IMG/VR virus record: IMGVR_UViG_3300037478_000708
Location: 64,001-128,000 of that record
Source of the DNA: a virus
Strand: one strand, 5' to 3'
Length of the DNA: 64,000 nucleotides
Below the pieces are notes generated by a model that saw nothing but the letters and a program-made list of their open reading frames with translations, searched no databases and was not told the DNA's origin. Below, piece after piece: positions 17,733-27,097 of the stretch (its first letter is position 1; every line of letters begins with the position of its first letter). The translations under genes and the position numbers were made by a program.

Positions 17733-19400
17733 ATGCCGGACGTCAGCCCGCCGCAACTCTCCTACACCGACCGGGACTTCGCGACCATCTTCGACGCGCT
17801 CGAAGGCTTCGTGCAGGCCACCCGGCCGGAGGACTTCACCGACTTCTTCACGTCCAACCTGGGCATCACGCTCATGGAGATGCTCGCCTTCGTCGGCGAT
17901 CTCCTGAGCTACGGGCAGGACGTCACCGCGCAGGAGGTCTTCCTGGCCACTGCGCGGCGCCTGGAGAGCGCCCTGCGGGCCGCGCGCTCCGTCGGCTACG
18001 TTCCCCGGTCGGCCACGGCCGCGACGGTCGTGGTGGCCTCCGGGGCCCTCCCGGCCAACGTGGTGAGCTTCGGCGCGATCGTGCCCGCCGGCAACTCCGT
18101 CCAGGGGGCCAACGGCCTTCGCTACGAGATCGTCGAGGACGTGACGATCATTCCGGGCTCGTCGACCACCTCGTTCACGCTCCGCGAGGGGCAGAGCTTC
18201 ACTGAGGCGTTCACGCCGACGAAGCAGCCGAACCAGAAGTTCACCGTTTCGCGTGGCATCGTGGAGGAAGCCTCCTGGCAGGTGTTCGTCGGCGACCCCG
18301 ACAACCCGCTCAACCAGTGGACGCAGGTGCCCAACGTGCTCTTCGAGACGTCGGACACCGAGACCTATCAGGTCTTCTTCGACGGGCAGGGTCGGCTGAC
18401 GGTCATCTTCGGCAACGGGACGGCCGGCAAGGTCCCCGACGCCACGGTCACGATCAACTACCGCACGACCAACGGGGCGGCCGGCAACGCGGGCGTCGGA
18501 ACGATTCAGGGCTCGCTCCAGGCCGAGGTGATTGGCACGTCGACCACGGCCGCGATTCCGGTCAAGAACTCGTCGCAGCCGGCGACCGGCGGCCAGGCGC
18601 GCGAGAGCGTGGCCGAGCTGCGCGTGGCGATCCCTGCCTTCATCCGCACGCTCGATAAGGTCATCACGATCGCGGACTACGAGGAGGCGGTCGCGACGCA
18701 GGCGGGCGTAGCGCTCGCGTTCGCGGACAACCCGATCGCGAGCCTGAACGGCAACGTGGTCCGCGTGCACATCTGGGCTTCCGAGCAGTTCACCTTCGTC
18801 TCGACGAGCCCGGGGCAGGGGTTCACGTCGGCGGTCAACTATCAGCGCTACGTGCAGGCACCTACGGCGCGGGTCTACACCGTGCAGCAGTACCTCCGTC
18901 CGCGCACGATCGCGACCGTGCACAACGTCGTCATCCGTCCGACCGTCGCGCAGGTTGACGTCGACCTGGGTCAGGTCAAGTACGACACGCTCAACCGGAC
19001 GGAGGACGTGCACGAGGCGATCGTCGAGGCTCTCGTCGAGCTGTTCGAGACGTCGAGCGGGTTCCTCATCCGGATCTCCGACATCTACAACGTCGTCAAC
19101 CGGGTGCCCGGCGTCATCGGTTTCACGATTCGCCAGATCACGTTCGAGCACATCGACTTCGACGATCCGAGTCTGGGAACCGTCATCGACGTCTACCGGA
19201 CCAATCAGGACATCACGGGGTCTCAGGGTGGGCCGTTCGATCCGCTTCAGGATCTCAGCATTCCCGCTGCGTCGGAGAAGAAGTTCTACGACGACGCCTT
19301 CCTGTACGACAACGAGATCCTCTTCGACTCCGAGATCGACTCAACGACGGTGCAGGCGATCAACCTGCGGTCGCTGGTCTTCACTCTCATCGCCGGCTAA
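17733..19400 (+). CDS. Baseplate wedge J / gp6-like
   Basis: YTDRDF, FL.TA, VGY.PRSA, FG.GT.GK.P, GG...ES..ELR, .IT..DY. Confidence 0.92.
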   Translation: MPDVSPPQLSYTDRDFATIFDALEGFVQATRPEDFTDFFTSNLGITLMEMLAFVGDLLSYGQDVTAQEVFLATARRLESALRAARSVGYVPRSATAATVVVASGALPANVVSFGAIVPAGNSVQGANGLRYEIVEDVTIIPGSSTTSFTLREGQSFTEAFTPTKQPNQKFTVSRGIVEEASWQVFVGDPDNPLNQWTQVPNVLFETSDTETYQVFFDGQGRLTVIFGNGTAGKVPDATVTINYRTTNGAAGNAGVGTIQGSLQAEVIGTSTTAAIPVKNSSQPATGGQARESVAELRVAIPAFIRTLDKVITIADYEEAVATQAGVALAFADNPIASLNGNVVRVHIWASEQFTFVSTSPGQGFTSAVNYQRYVQAPTARVYTVQQYLRPRTIATVHNVVIRPTVAQVDVDLGQVKYDTLNRTEDVHEAIVEALVELFETSSGFLIRISDIYNVVNRVPGVIGFTIRQITFEHIDFDDPSLGTVIDVYRTNQDITGSQGGPFDPLQDLSIPAASEKKFYDDAFLYDNEILFDSEIDSTTVQAINLRSLVFTLIAG

Positions 19401-19420
19401 CCCCTCAAGGAAAGAACCCA

Positions 19421-19876
19421 ATGCCCAGCCTGACGAACTACGGACAGCAGGTCGCCCTCTACGACGACAACCGCACCTTCCTCGCCGGTCTGACCGGTGC
19501 GACGCCCGCCCTCGTGGGCGGCATCGCGCAGATCGCCGCGGGGCTCGAGCTGTTCGCCGATACCGGCTCCGTGCTCGACAAGGACGCCTCCGTCCTGAAC
19601 CTCCCGAGCCCCGGCGGTGGCGGCTACACGGGCGTCATCGCGCTCACCAAGGGCGGCAACTGGTCCAACCCGAGCGCCAGCTCGGGCGACACGCAGATCG
19701 TGCTCACGCCGAACCAGACGTTCACGGCGACCGCCAACCCGATCAACGACATCGGCGGTGCCTACATCGAGGACGGCGACGACAACGTGCTCGCGTGGTG
19801 GGAGCGCTCGTCGCCGATCACCCTGGCGACGAACGACACCATCACGGCCGACCAGCTCACGATCCGGATCGTCTGA
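19421..19876 (+). CDS. Small virion / fibre-associated protein
   Basis: 151 aa, RBS AAGGA; C-terminal 'VLAW.....ITL..NDTIT' pattern of small tail-associated beta proteins. Confidence 0.65.
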   Translation: MPSLTNYGQQVALYDDNRTFLAGLTGATPALVGGIAQIAAGLELFADTGSVLDKDASVLNLPSPGGGGYTGVIALTKGGNWSNPSASSGDTQIVLTPNQTFTATANPINDIGGAYIEDGDDNVLAWWERSSPITLATNDTITADQLTIRIV

Positions 19877-19896
19877 TCGTCCTCGCGGACTGAGAC

Positions 19897-21480
19897 GTGG
19901 CGAGCTTCTTCATCGGCAACGGGGACGTTCCCGGGAACGAGCTGCTCAGTGCGAGCGGCACGTTCTTCGGGAACTTCATCCGTTCCATCACCACCGACCG
20001 ACTGCTTCAGGCCGGGACGTTCCTCGAGTGGTACTTCGAGACCTCGGGGGGCGGTGGTGAGTTCGGTGAGGGGCCCCCGCACTTTCCGCGCGTAGGCGGT
20101 CACGCCGTCCTGTCGGGCGCTCTGACGAAGGGCGGTCCCGCGGCCGATAACCCGCAGCTCACCGCTACCGCGAGCGTCACCGGGTCCCTGATCGTTTCGG
20201 CGGTCATCACCAACGCGGAGTTGTTGGCCGCGGGCAACCTCTTCGGGGGCTTGCAGATCGCGGTCTCGATCGTCGGCGAGATCACGGCCGCGTCGTTTCT
20301 CGCCGGTGACCTCATCGTGGCGCTCTTCCCGGAGCTGTCGCGAGACGCGATCGCGCAGGCGACGGGAGTGCGGCCGTGCTTCCCGTTGCTGATCTACCTC
20401 GACGACGTGAGCCACATCGGCAACCTGCATGAGCCCGACGGGGTGACGCCGAAGCTCGAACTCAACCAGGCGTTTCGCATGGCCGCGTCCTACACGGCGC
20501 CGCCGGGCGAACAGCTCGGACTCTTCGGTGCGTTGCCGAACTCCATCGGGATGCGCGTGCTCGTGGACCTCGAGGGTGACGGCATCGAAGAGGAGGCGAT
20601 TCTCTTCCGCCGGCCGGAGGAGAACGAGGTCGTGGCGCTGCTCGACGGCACCGTCGAGAAGTACGACGCGGAGAGCGGTGCTTGGGTCGCGCACACGACG
20701 CTGCCCCAGCGGGCCCTTATGGGGATGCGTGTCTTCGAGATCCTCGATCCGAACGGCATCTACGACTACTACGCGAAGCTCGTCGGGCTGAAGTACCATC
20801 AGCTCGCGTACGACACCCGGAAGATCCTCGACTTCATCGATCCGGAGCTGTGTCCGATCGAGCTGCTTCCGCTGCTCGCGTCGAACTTCGGTGCGGACAT
20901 CGACGCGGATCAGCCGGAGATCTTGCAGCGGGAGATCCTGCGGAGCTGGGTCCCGCTCATGCAGATCAAGGGGCTCGACCAGGCGGTCCGAGTTGCCTTG
21001 CGCATGCTCGGCTTCTCGGGTTACGCGACGCAGATCTGGATCAAGCCCGGCGGCTCTGCAACGGACTTCATCGAGAAGCCCTTCAACTACTCGAACGAGT
21101 TCCCGACGCCGAGCGATCCGACGGTCTACCACCCGGCCGCGCAGGTCGCCATCCACCTCAACGAGCTGGATGGCACGCCCTTCGTCGTCATCGACGATTC
21201 GACCAAGCAGAAGGTCGCCACGTTCCTCAAGATGAACGTGCTGCCTGCGCACGTGCGCATCCGGACGTTCACGACGGACATCGTGGTCGAAGCGGAGGAT
21301 GCCGTCGTGGCCTCCGATGCCGTGGTGGCCTTCGAGGCTGCGCACATTGCTCTCGTGGCCGCTGCCGCGGGCCCCGCGACGACCTCCTTCGTCGTGTCCG
21401 TGCTTCCCGTCAAAGCCACCGTCGCTGCGCAGGCGGGCGCGGCAACTACCCTGGTCGCCGTGGAGGTCATCTCGCCGTGA
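19897..21480 (+). CDS. Baseplate wedge gpI/gp7-like tail protein with N-terminal extension
   Basis: IDPELCPIELLPLLASNFG...REILRSW..L.QIKG....VR..LRMLG...LPAHV motif. Confidence 0.8.
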   Translation: MASFFIGNGDVPGNELLSASGTFFGNFIRSITTDRLLQAGTFLEWYFETSGGGGEFGEGPPHFPRVGGHAVLSGALTKGGPAADNPQLTATASVTGSLIVSAVITNAELLAAGNLFGGLQIAVSIVGEITAASFLAGDLIVALFPELSRDAIAQATGVRPCFPLLIYLDDVSHIGNLHEPDGVTPKLELNQAFRMAASYTAPPGEQLGLFGALPNSIGMRVLVDLEGDGIEEEAILFRRPEENEVVALLDGTVEKYDAESGAWVAHTTLPQRALMGMRVFEILDPNGIYDYYAKLVGLKYHQLAYDTRKILDFIDPELCPIELLPLLASNFGADIDADQPEILQREILRSWVPLMQIKGLDQAVRVALRMLGFSGYATQIWIKPGGSATDFIEKPFNYSNEFPTPSDPTVYHPAAQVAIHLNELDGTPFVVIDDSTKQKVATFLKMNVLPAHVRIRTFTTDIVVEAEDAVVASDAVVAFEAAHIALVAAAAGPATTSFVVSVLPVKATVAAQAGAATTLVAVEVISP

Positions 21481-22049
21481 GGGTTCACGATCTGCTTCGC
21501 GTTCGCGGTTCCCTGCGCATCGTGCACATCCCGGGCGATTGCATGGGCGAGGATCCGTGCTGCCCGCTGTCGCCCGACGCCGTGGACCGTCTCTGCCACA
21601 CCGGCCGCGCGCACGCTTCCTGTCGCTACGAAAACCTCGTGGTGGATACGGGTCTCGAGATCATCCGCGCGCTCATCGGCTTCGGCCTCAACTTCCCGAC
21701 GACCGGCGCGTTCGGCGTGCAGGACACGAGCGACTTGCAGATCACGAGCATGCGCATCGGCTCCGCGCTCTCGCCTCCCGCGCCGGCTGCAGGTGACACG
21801 GACATCTCCGTCGTGCCGCCGCTCTACACGATCCTCGGCGTGACGGCCTTCTATCCGAGCGCAACGTCCGTCACGCTGGCCGGCGTCGTGCCGCAAGCGC
21901 AGTCAGCGCTCGACGGCGTGGGTCTGACCGAGGAGGGTGCATTCGCCGAGAACGGTGCCATGCTGGCCCGGGTGACGTTCCCCGCTGAGGTCAAGATCCC
22001 GACGCACGCGCTCCAGTTCGAGCACCAGATCTTCATCGGACGGCCTTAG
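21477..22049 (+). CDS. Tail fibre-attachment / collar-fibre N-terminal-like protein
   Basis: GTG overlapping the previous stop, RBS GGAGG; NLVV..G, M.IG, LTE.G.F..G.MLAR..F...K pattern; the track start at 20682 is over-extended. Confidence 0.7.
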   Translation: MRVHDLLRVRGSLRIVHIPGDCMGEDPCCPLSPDAVDRLCHTGRAHASCRYENLVVDTGLEIIRALIGFGLNFPTTGAFGVQDTSDLQITSMRIGSALSPPAPAAGDTDISVVPPLYTILGVTAFYPSATSVTLAGVVPQAQSALDGVGLTEEGAFAENGAMLARVTFPAEVKIPTHALQFEHQIFIGRP

Positions 22050-22528
22050 CGAACATCTTTCCACGATCTGAAATGCACGGCCGCACTGATAGTCCCCGGC
22101 GAGACGCCGAACGAAGCCGCGATGTTGCTCAGCGTCTCTCCTCTACCTCTTCGTTTCCGGGCTTCTCGGACGCGAGCTTCCGTCAGCCGCCTGCGGTACG
22201 TATTCCGCCGGTTCTCGCCGATAGTGACGTACCGCAGGTTGTCCTCGCAGTTCGCTTGGCGATCGTCGTTCTCGTGGTCAATTTCGTAGCCGTCGGGGCA
22301 GGGGCCGAGGAAGGCTTCGGCGACGAGCTTGTGTGTGTTGAAGCGGCGCGTCTCGCCTCGTCGGCAGAGCATGACCGACAGGTAGCCGTTGGACTTCGTG
22401 GTCTGTCGGAGAATGCGTCCTGCAACGGTGTTGCGGTCGCCGCCCCGTACGCGCTTCACGCGTCCTCGATCGGAGACTGCGTACCAGCCCTCGTAGCCGA
22501 CGACGGGCTTCCATCGTTCTCGCACCAT
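22046..22528 (-). mobile_element. Free-standing NUMOD4-HNH homing endonuclease, antisense within the tail operon
   Basis: ERWKPVVGYEGWYAVSDRGRVKR (NUMOD4), HKLVAEAFLG...IDHEN.DRQ.N...NLRY (HNH) and a C-terminal HTH. Confidence 0.9.
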
Positions 22529-22559
22529 GCGGCGGTAGACTACACGAGGAGCGTTTGAC

Positions 22560-23807
22560 GTGCCTGAACTTCCCGAGATCCCGATCGACCCGATCAACCC
22601 GCCGACGTCGATCGACCTGACGGATGAGGACAATACTTATCCGCTGCTCGAGTCGATCGTCGGTCCGCCCAACCCGGACTCGGTTGGACCCGAGGCCGGC
22701 AACCGGCAGCCGCGGGCACTCGACCTGCGCACGGAGACCCTGCGCGAGGCGGTCAACAAGCTCATCGAGGTCACGAATTCGCTGAACGAGAACCTCCTGC
22801 ACCGCGACGGCGCGAGTGCGGTCGTGGACGGGTCGCTGTCGCCGAGCTACATGCGCGGTGACCTCGACATGGGGGACGATCCGCTGAGCCCCTCGTTCCA
22901 CCGGGTCATCAACATGGCCGACGGCGTGGACGACACCGATGCCGTCACCAAGCAGCAGCTCGACACGCTCTCGGCGTTCCTGAACTCGCTCCAGAATCAG
23001 CTCAACGGCGCTCTCAAGACGAACGGCACGAACCAGATGCTCGCGCCCCTCAACATGGGGGGTTTCCGCGTCGAGTTCCTGGGCGATCCGGTCAACGTCG
23101 CCGACGCCGTGAACAAGGGCACGATGGACACCGAGCTGGATCAGATCCGCGCCGACTACGTGCGCCGCGACGGCGGCAACACGATGATCGGCAATCTGGA
23201 CCTCGGCGGGTTCAAGATCGTGAACATGAACCTGGCCATCCCGTCGAACGACGGGGACGGCGTGAGTCGGGGCTACCTGTTGCAGGTGCTCTCGGATATC
23301 GCTGCGACCCCGCCGGGTGCGATCGCGGTCTGGGCAGGGTCCGAGGGCGCCGTGCCGACCGGGTGGCTTTTGTGCGCGGGGCAGACGGTTTCGCAAGCAA
23401 CCTTCGCGAACCTCTTCGCCGTGGTCGGAACCACGTACAACATCGGCGGCGAACCGGGCGGAGAGTTCCGCCTGCCCGATCTCCGCGGTCGCGTGCCGGT
23501 GGGTCTCGACAACATGGGGGGCAGCTCGGCGAACGTCCTCACGAGTGCGCAGGCCGACATCCTCGGCGGCACGCTCGGCGAGGAGTTCCACACGCTCACG
23601 CTGGACGAGATCGCGTCGCACACGCACCAATACGACGATCGCTACGTGGCCGTCGCTACCGGAGGCGCGGAGGAGGGTCCGTCCGTGGTCAACGCGACGT
23701 CCGACTTCGTGACCCTGACCGGTCAGGTCACGGATCCCCAGGGCAACGACAACCCGCACAACAACGTGCAGCCGTCGATCGCCATGAACTTCATCATCAA
23801 GATCTGA
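22560..23807 (+). CDS. Tail fibre protein with tail-collar domain (paralogue A)
   Basis: Repeats M.G.L.MGG.+I.N+ADP...DA..K; collar motif P.G.I..WAG..P.GWLLC.G, F.LPDLRGR, HTH, HNNVQPS. Confidence 0.88.
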   Translation: MPELPEIPIDPINPPTSIDLTDEDNTYPLLESIVGPPNPDSVGPEAGNRQPRALDLRTETLREAVNKLIEVTNSLNENLLHRDGASAVVDGSLSPSYMRGDLDMGDDPLSPSFHRVINMADGVDDTDAVTKQQLDTLSAFLNSLQNQLNGALKTNGTNQMLAPLNMGGFRVEFLGDPVNVADAVNKGTMDTELDQIRADYVRRDGGNTMIGNLDLGGFKIVNMNLAIPSNDGDGVSRGYLLQVLSDIAATPPGAIAVWAGSEGAVPTGWLLCAGQTVSQATFANLFAVVGTTYNIGGEPGGEFRLPDLRGRVPVGLDNMGGSSANVLTSAQADILGGTLGEEFHTLTLDEIASHTHQYDDRYVAVATGGAEEGPSVVNATSDFVTLTGQVTDPQGNDNPHNNVQPSIAMNFIIKI

Positions 23808-23816
23808 GGTGTTCTC

Positions 23817-24191
23817 ATGACCGCGACCCCTAACAGCCCGGTTCTCTTGGATCTCCTCTCCGCGGAGGAACGCGCCGAGATCCGCAAGGAGAGCGACGCT
23901 GAGATCGATCGTCTCCTCAACGGCCACGTCGCTCCGGTCTGCCTGCCCTCGGTGCAGGACCGCGGCGGGTCTGTGAGCGTTGCGAAGGCGTTGTATGAGG
24001 CGAGGGTGCTGCCGGGCGTCCGTCACGAGGAAGGCTGCCCTCCACTGCACGACTTCACCCAAGTCGGGTACGCGCACGAGAAGGAGAGCCGAGGTCTCCG
24101 AAACACGGAGCAGTTCGCGTGGTGCGTGGTGGCTCCGCTGGCGTTCTCTCTCGGTGTTCTCGTCGCCACGCTCTTTTTCGTCCTGTTCTGA
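23817..24191 (+). CDS. Small protein with C-terminal transmembrane helix
   Basis: 124 aa, hydrophobic C-terminus, stop overlaps the next ATG. Confidence 0.6.
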   Translation: MTATPNSPVLLDLLSAEERAEIRKESDAEIDRLLNGHVAPVCLPSVQDRGGSVSVAKALYEARVLPGVRHEEGCPPLHDFTQVGYAHEKESRGLRNTEQFAWCVVAPLAFSLGVLVATLFFVLF

Positions 24192-25411
24192 TGGCTCAGT
24201 GGCCCCCGACTCCTGTTTCTCCGCTACCCAGCACGGGTGCGACATGGCCGTCTCGTACGGAGGTCGGTCCGCTCACGCTCATCGGTCCGACTGCGGAGAA
24301 CCAGCAACCGTCGGCCCTCGACACGCGCACCGAGACGCTTCGGCAGATCACGAACGTCTTGATAGGGCTCTACAACTTCATCCAAGACTTCTTCTTGGAT
24401 CGCGACGGGGCGGACCTTCCGATCGCCGACTCGACGCAGGGCTCCTACTTCATGCGCGGCAACATGGACCTCGGCGGGTTCAAGATCGTGAACCTCGCCG
24501 ACGCGCAGGACATCCGGGACGCGATTACGATTCAACAGCTCGAGGCGGTGCAGTTCTCTGCGGAGGACGACGTGGAGCAGGTGCTCGACTCGTTCGTCGT
24601 CAAGCAGGACGGAAGCGCAGCGATGATCGCGCCTCTCAACATGGGGGGCTTCCGGATTCTCAACATGGCCGCCGCGGTCATTGACACCGACGCGATCCGT
24701 AGGGACACGCTCACGGCCGAGGAGGCGACGATCACGTCGGCCTTCCTGCGTCGGGTGGGCGTGCCGGGCATGCTGGCCAACCTGAACTTCGACGGAGACG
24801 ATCCACTCGAACCGGGGTTCATCCCGACGAATCTGGGGGACCCGACGGGCCCCGCGGACCTCGTGAACAAGCGCTACCTCGACGAGCAGGTTGCGATCTC
24901 CGCTGCCCAGGACGTCCCTGTCGGCGCCGTGGTGCCGTACGCCGGTCCGCAGGGGACGATTCCGGTCAACTTCCTCGTCTGCGACGGCCGTGAGGTGTCG
25001 CGCTTCACCTACCAGAATCTCTTCAACATCATCGGCATCGCCTACGGCAGCCCCACGAGCGCCTCGGTGTTCAAGTTGCCCGATCTCCGCGGCCGGACCG
25101 TGGTCGGCATGGACATCATGGGCGGGCAGCCTGCGGACGTGCTCACGAGTTCGTTCGCGGACCTGCTCGGGGGCAAGGGGGGCGTCGAGCGGTACGCCCT
25201 GAAGGGCGGGGAGATGCCGTCGCACACGCACACCTACGACGACGTGACCTACGCGCAGGGTGCCGGCGGAGCGGAGATCGGCGACGACAACGCCTCCGAC
25301 AACAACAACGTGGTCGGAATCAGCCCGAGCGTGATGGGGAGCGCGGGTTCGAGCACGCCGCACAACAACGTGCAGCCGTCGATCGCGCTGAACTGGCTCA
25401 TCCGCTACTAG
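24191..25411 (+). CDS. Tail fibre protein with tail-collar domain (paralogue B)
   Basis: Same architecture as 22560..23807; ATG at 24191 overlaps the upstream stop. Confidence 0.88.
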   Translation: MAQWPPTPVSPLPSTGATWPSRTEVGPLTLIGPTAENQQPSALDTRTETLRQITNVLIGLYNFIQDFFLDRDGADLPIADSTQGSYFMRGNMDLGGFKIVNLADAQDIRDAITIQQLEAVQFSAEDDVEQVLDSFVVKQDGSAAMIAPLNMGGFRILNMAAAVIDTDAIRRDTLTAEEATITSAFLRRVGVPGMLANLNFDGDDPLEPGFIPTNLGDPTGPADLVNKRYLDEQVAISAAQDVPVGAVVPYAGPQGTIPVNFLVCDGREVSRFTYQNLFNIIGIAYGSPTSASVFKLPDLRGRTVVGMDIMGGQPADVLTSSFADLLGGKGGVERYALKGGEMPSHTHTYDDVTYAQGAGGAEIGDDNASDNNNVVGISPSVMGSAGSSTPHNNVQPSIALNWLIRY

Positions 25412-25450
25412 CCCGTTCCCCATCACAACGCGGGAGAACTGACACACGGC

Positions 25451-25471
25451 CCGGTGACACGCTGTCACTGG
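25451..25471 (+). repeat. Dispersed palindrome copy 3
   Basis: CCGGTGACACGCTGTCACTGG, intergenic. Confidence 0.95.
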
Positions 25472-25560
25472 ACGCTCCCGGCGGGGTGTAGACACGCCCG
25501 GGGCGACGCGTCACCATACGCCCACTCGACGCTTCCCTAACCGCCCGAGAAGATCTCCTC

Positions 25561-25953
25561 ATGGCCCTGACGCACGTAACCGCCATCCGCAACGCACTCG
25601 CGGATCTCGTCGTGGACGCGATCGACGCGGGCACCGCCGACGCGGCCGGTGACACCCAGATCGGCACGGCGGGCTTCGCCGCGATCCTGGCGGAGATCGA
25701 CTTCGCCAACCCGGCCTTCGGCGCGGCTGCCGGGGGCACCGCGACCGCGCTCGGCGTGCCGTTGGAGGACTCCAACGCGGCCGGCGGCGGCACCGCGTCC
25801 GTCTTCCGCTGCCGCGACCGGGACAACGCCGAGGTCTTCCAAGGCGTCGTCACGGGCACCGGCGGAGGCGGCGACATGGAGCTGTCCTCCACGACGATCA
25901 ACCCCGGTGACGCCGTGAGGATCAACAGCTTCACCTACACGTCCTCGCCGTAA
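25561..25953 (+). CDS. Small virion / fibre-associated protein
   Basis: 130 aa; RNA.AD...., F..PAFGAAA.G, GTA..FR, G.V..G.GGDMEL..T.I..G..V.I.SFTYT pattern. Confidence 0.7.
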   Translation: MALTHVTAIRNALADLVVDAIDAGTADAAGDTQIGTAGFAAILAEIDFANPAFGAAAGGTATALGVPLEDSNAAGGGTASVFRCRDRDNAEVFQGVVTGTGGGGDMELSSTTINPGDAVRINSFTYTSSP

Positions 25954-25977
25954 GGCTCCGCGCTCCGGGCGAATCAG

Positions 25978-27093
25978 ATGTCGGTCGTCCTCGTCAGACC
26001 CGCGCACTTCGTCCCGCTGCCCCTCGCCAGCCAGGTCTCCTACAGCCCCGGCGGCAGCATCGTCGCCACGGACGTTCAGGCCGCGATCGAGGAGCTGGAC
26101 GCCGAGAAGCTCTCGGCTGTCGTCGAAGACACGACGCCGCAGCTCGGCGGTCACCTCGACGTCAACGGACAGGTGCTCGGAGACGGCAGCGCGACGCTGC
26201 TCAGCTTCGTCGAGCAGCCCGGCGCCGTGAACAACCTCGAGGTCGAGAACAGCATCTCGTTGGGTGGTCCGACGCTGCGCGCGGTCGGTTCCGATATCGA
26301 TGTCGACCTGCACCTGCACGCGAAGGGCAACGGCACGGTGCACGTCGACACGAACCTCGAGGTCGACGGGAACATCGTCGTCTTCGGCTCGGTCGACGGT
26401 CGAGACATTGCAGCGGATGGGACGAAGCTGGATGGGATCGAAGCTGGCGCCGCAGCTCCGCCCTACGGCACGACAGACTTGTCCGACAACGCCGTCACGG
26501 ACACGAAGCTGCGCGACTCGGCTGCGCTCTCCGTAATCGGGCGCTCGGTGAACAGCGTCGGCGATCCCGCCGACATCGCTGCGCCCGCGGACGGTGCCGT
26601 GCTTCGCCGCGCCGGTACCGTCTTGGGTTTCGGGACGCTCGGAGCCAACTCGATCGCCAACAACGCGATCGTGAACACGAAGCTCGCGCAGATGTTGGAG
26701 GCCCACGTCAAGGGCCGCGCGGCGGGTGCGGGGACGGGCAACACGGTTGACCTCACCGCGGATCAGTTGCGCGCGATCGTGGCAGGATTCTCAGTGTCCT
26801 TCCCGACCGTGGTGGAGATCCCGTTCACGATCTTGTTTGACGGTGCGGGCGGTTCGACCGCGACGTTCGCGCACGGTCTCACGGACATCGACACCACGCA
26901 GCCCGTCATGGTGATCGCCTCGGTCTACAACGCGGGCCTCACGCTCAACGCCTTCGTTCCCGGCCTCGTTGTCGGCTTTGGCCCGACGATCACGCTGAGC
27001 ATCTTCCGCCTGGGCGCGAACCTTGAGTTCCGTGCGAGCCAAGACCTCAGCACGTGGAGCGCCGTGGCACTCGTCGCGTACACGCCGACCTGA
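25978..27093 (+). CDS. Tail fibre-like protein
   Basis: TDVQAAIEEL, DTTPQLGG.LD.NG, VDGRDIAADGTKLDGIEAGA, AVT..KL fibre motifs. Confidence 0.8.
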   Translation: MSVVLVRPAHFVPLPLASQVSYSPGGSIVATDVQAAIEELDAEKLSAVVEDTTPQLGGHLDVNGQVLGDGSATLLSFVEQPGAVNNLEVENSISLGGPTLRAVGSDIDVDLHLHAKGNGTVHVDTNLEVDGNIVVFGSVDGRDIAADGTKLDGIEAGAAAPPYGTTDLSDNAVTDTKLRDSAALSVIGRSVNSVGDPADIAAPADGAVLRRAGTVLGFGTLGANSIANNAIVNTKLAQMLEAHVKGRAAGAGTGNTVDLTADQLRAIVAGFSVSFPTVVEIPFTILFDGAGGSTATFAHGLTDIDTTQPVMVIASVYNAGLTLNAFVPGLVVGFGPTITLSIFRLGANLEFRASQDLSTWSAVALVAYTPT

Positions 27094-27097
27094 TCCG

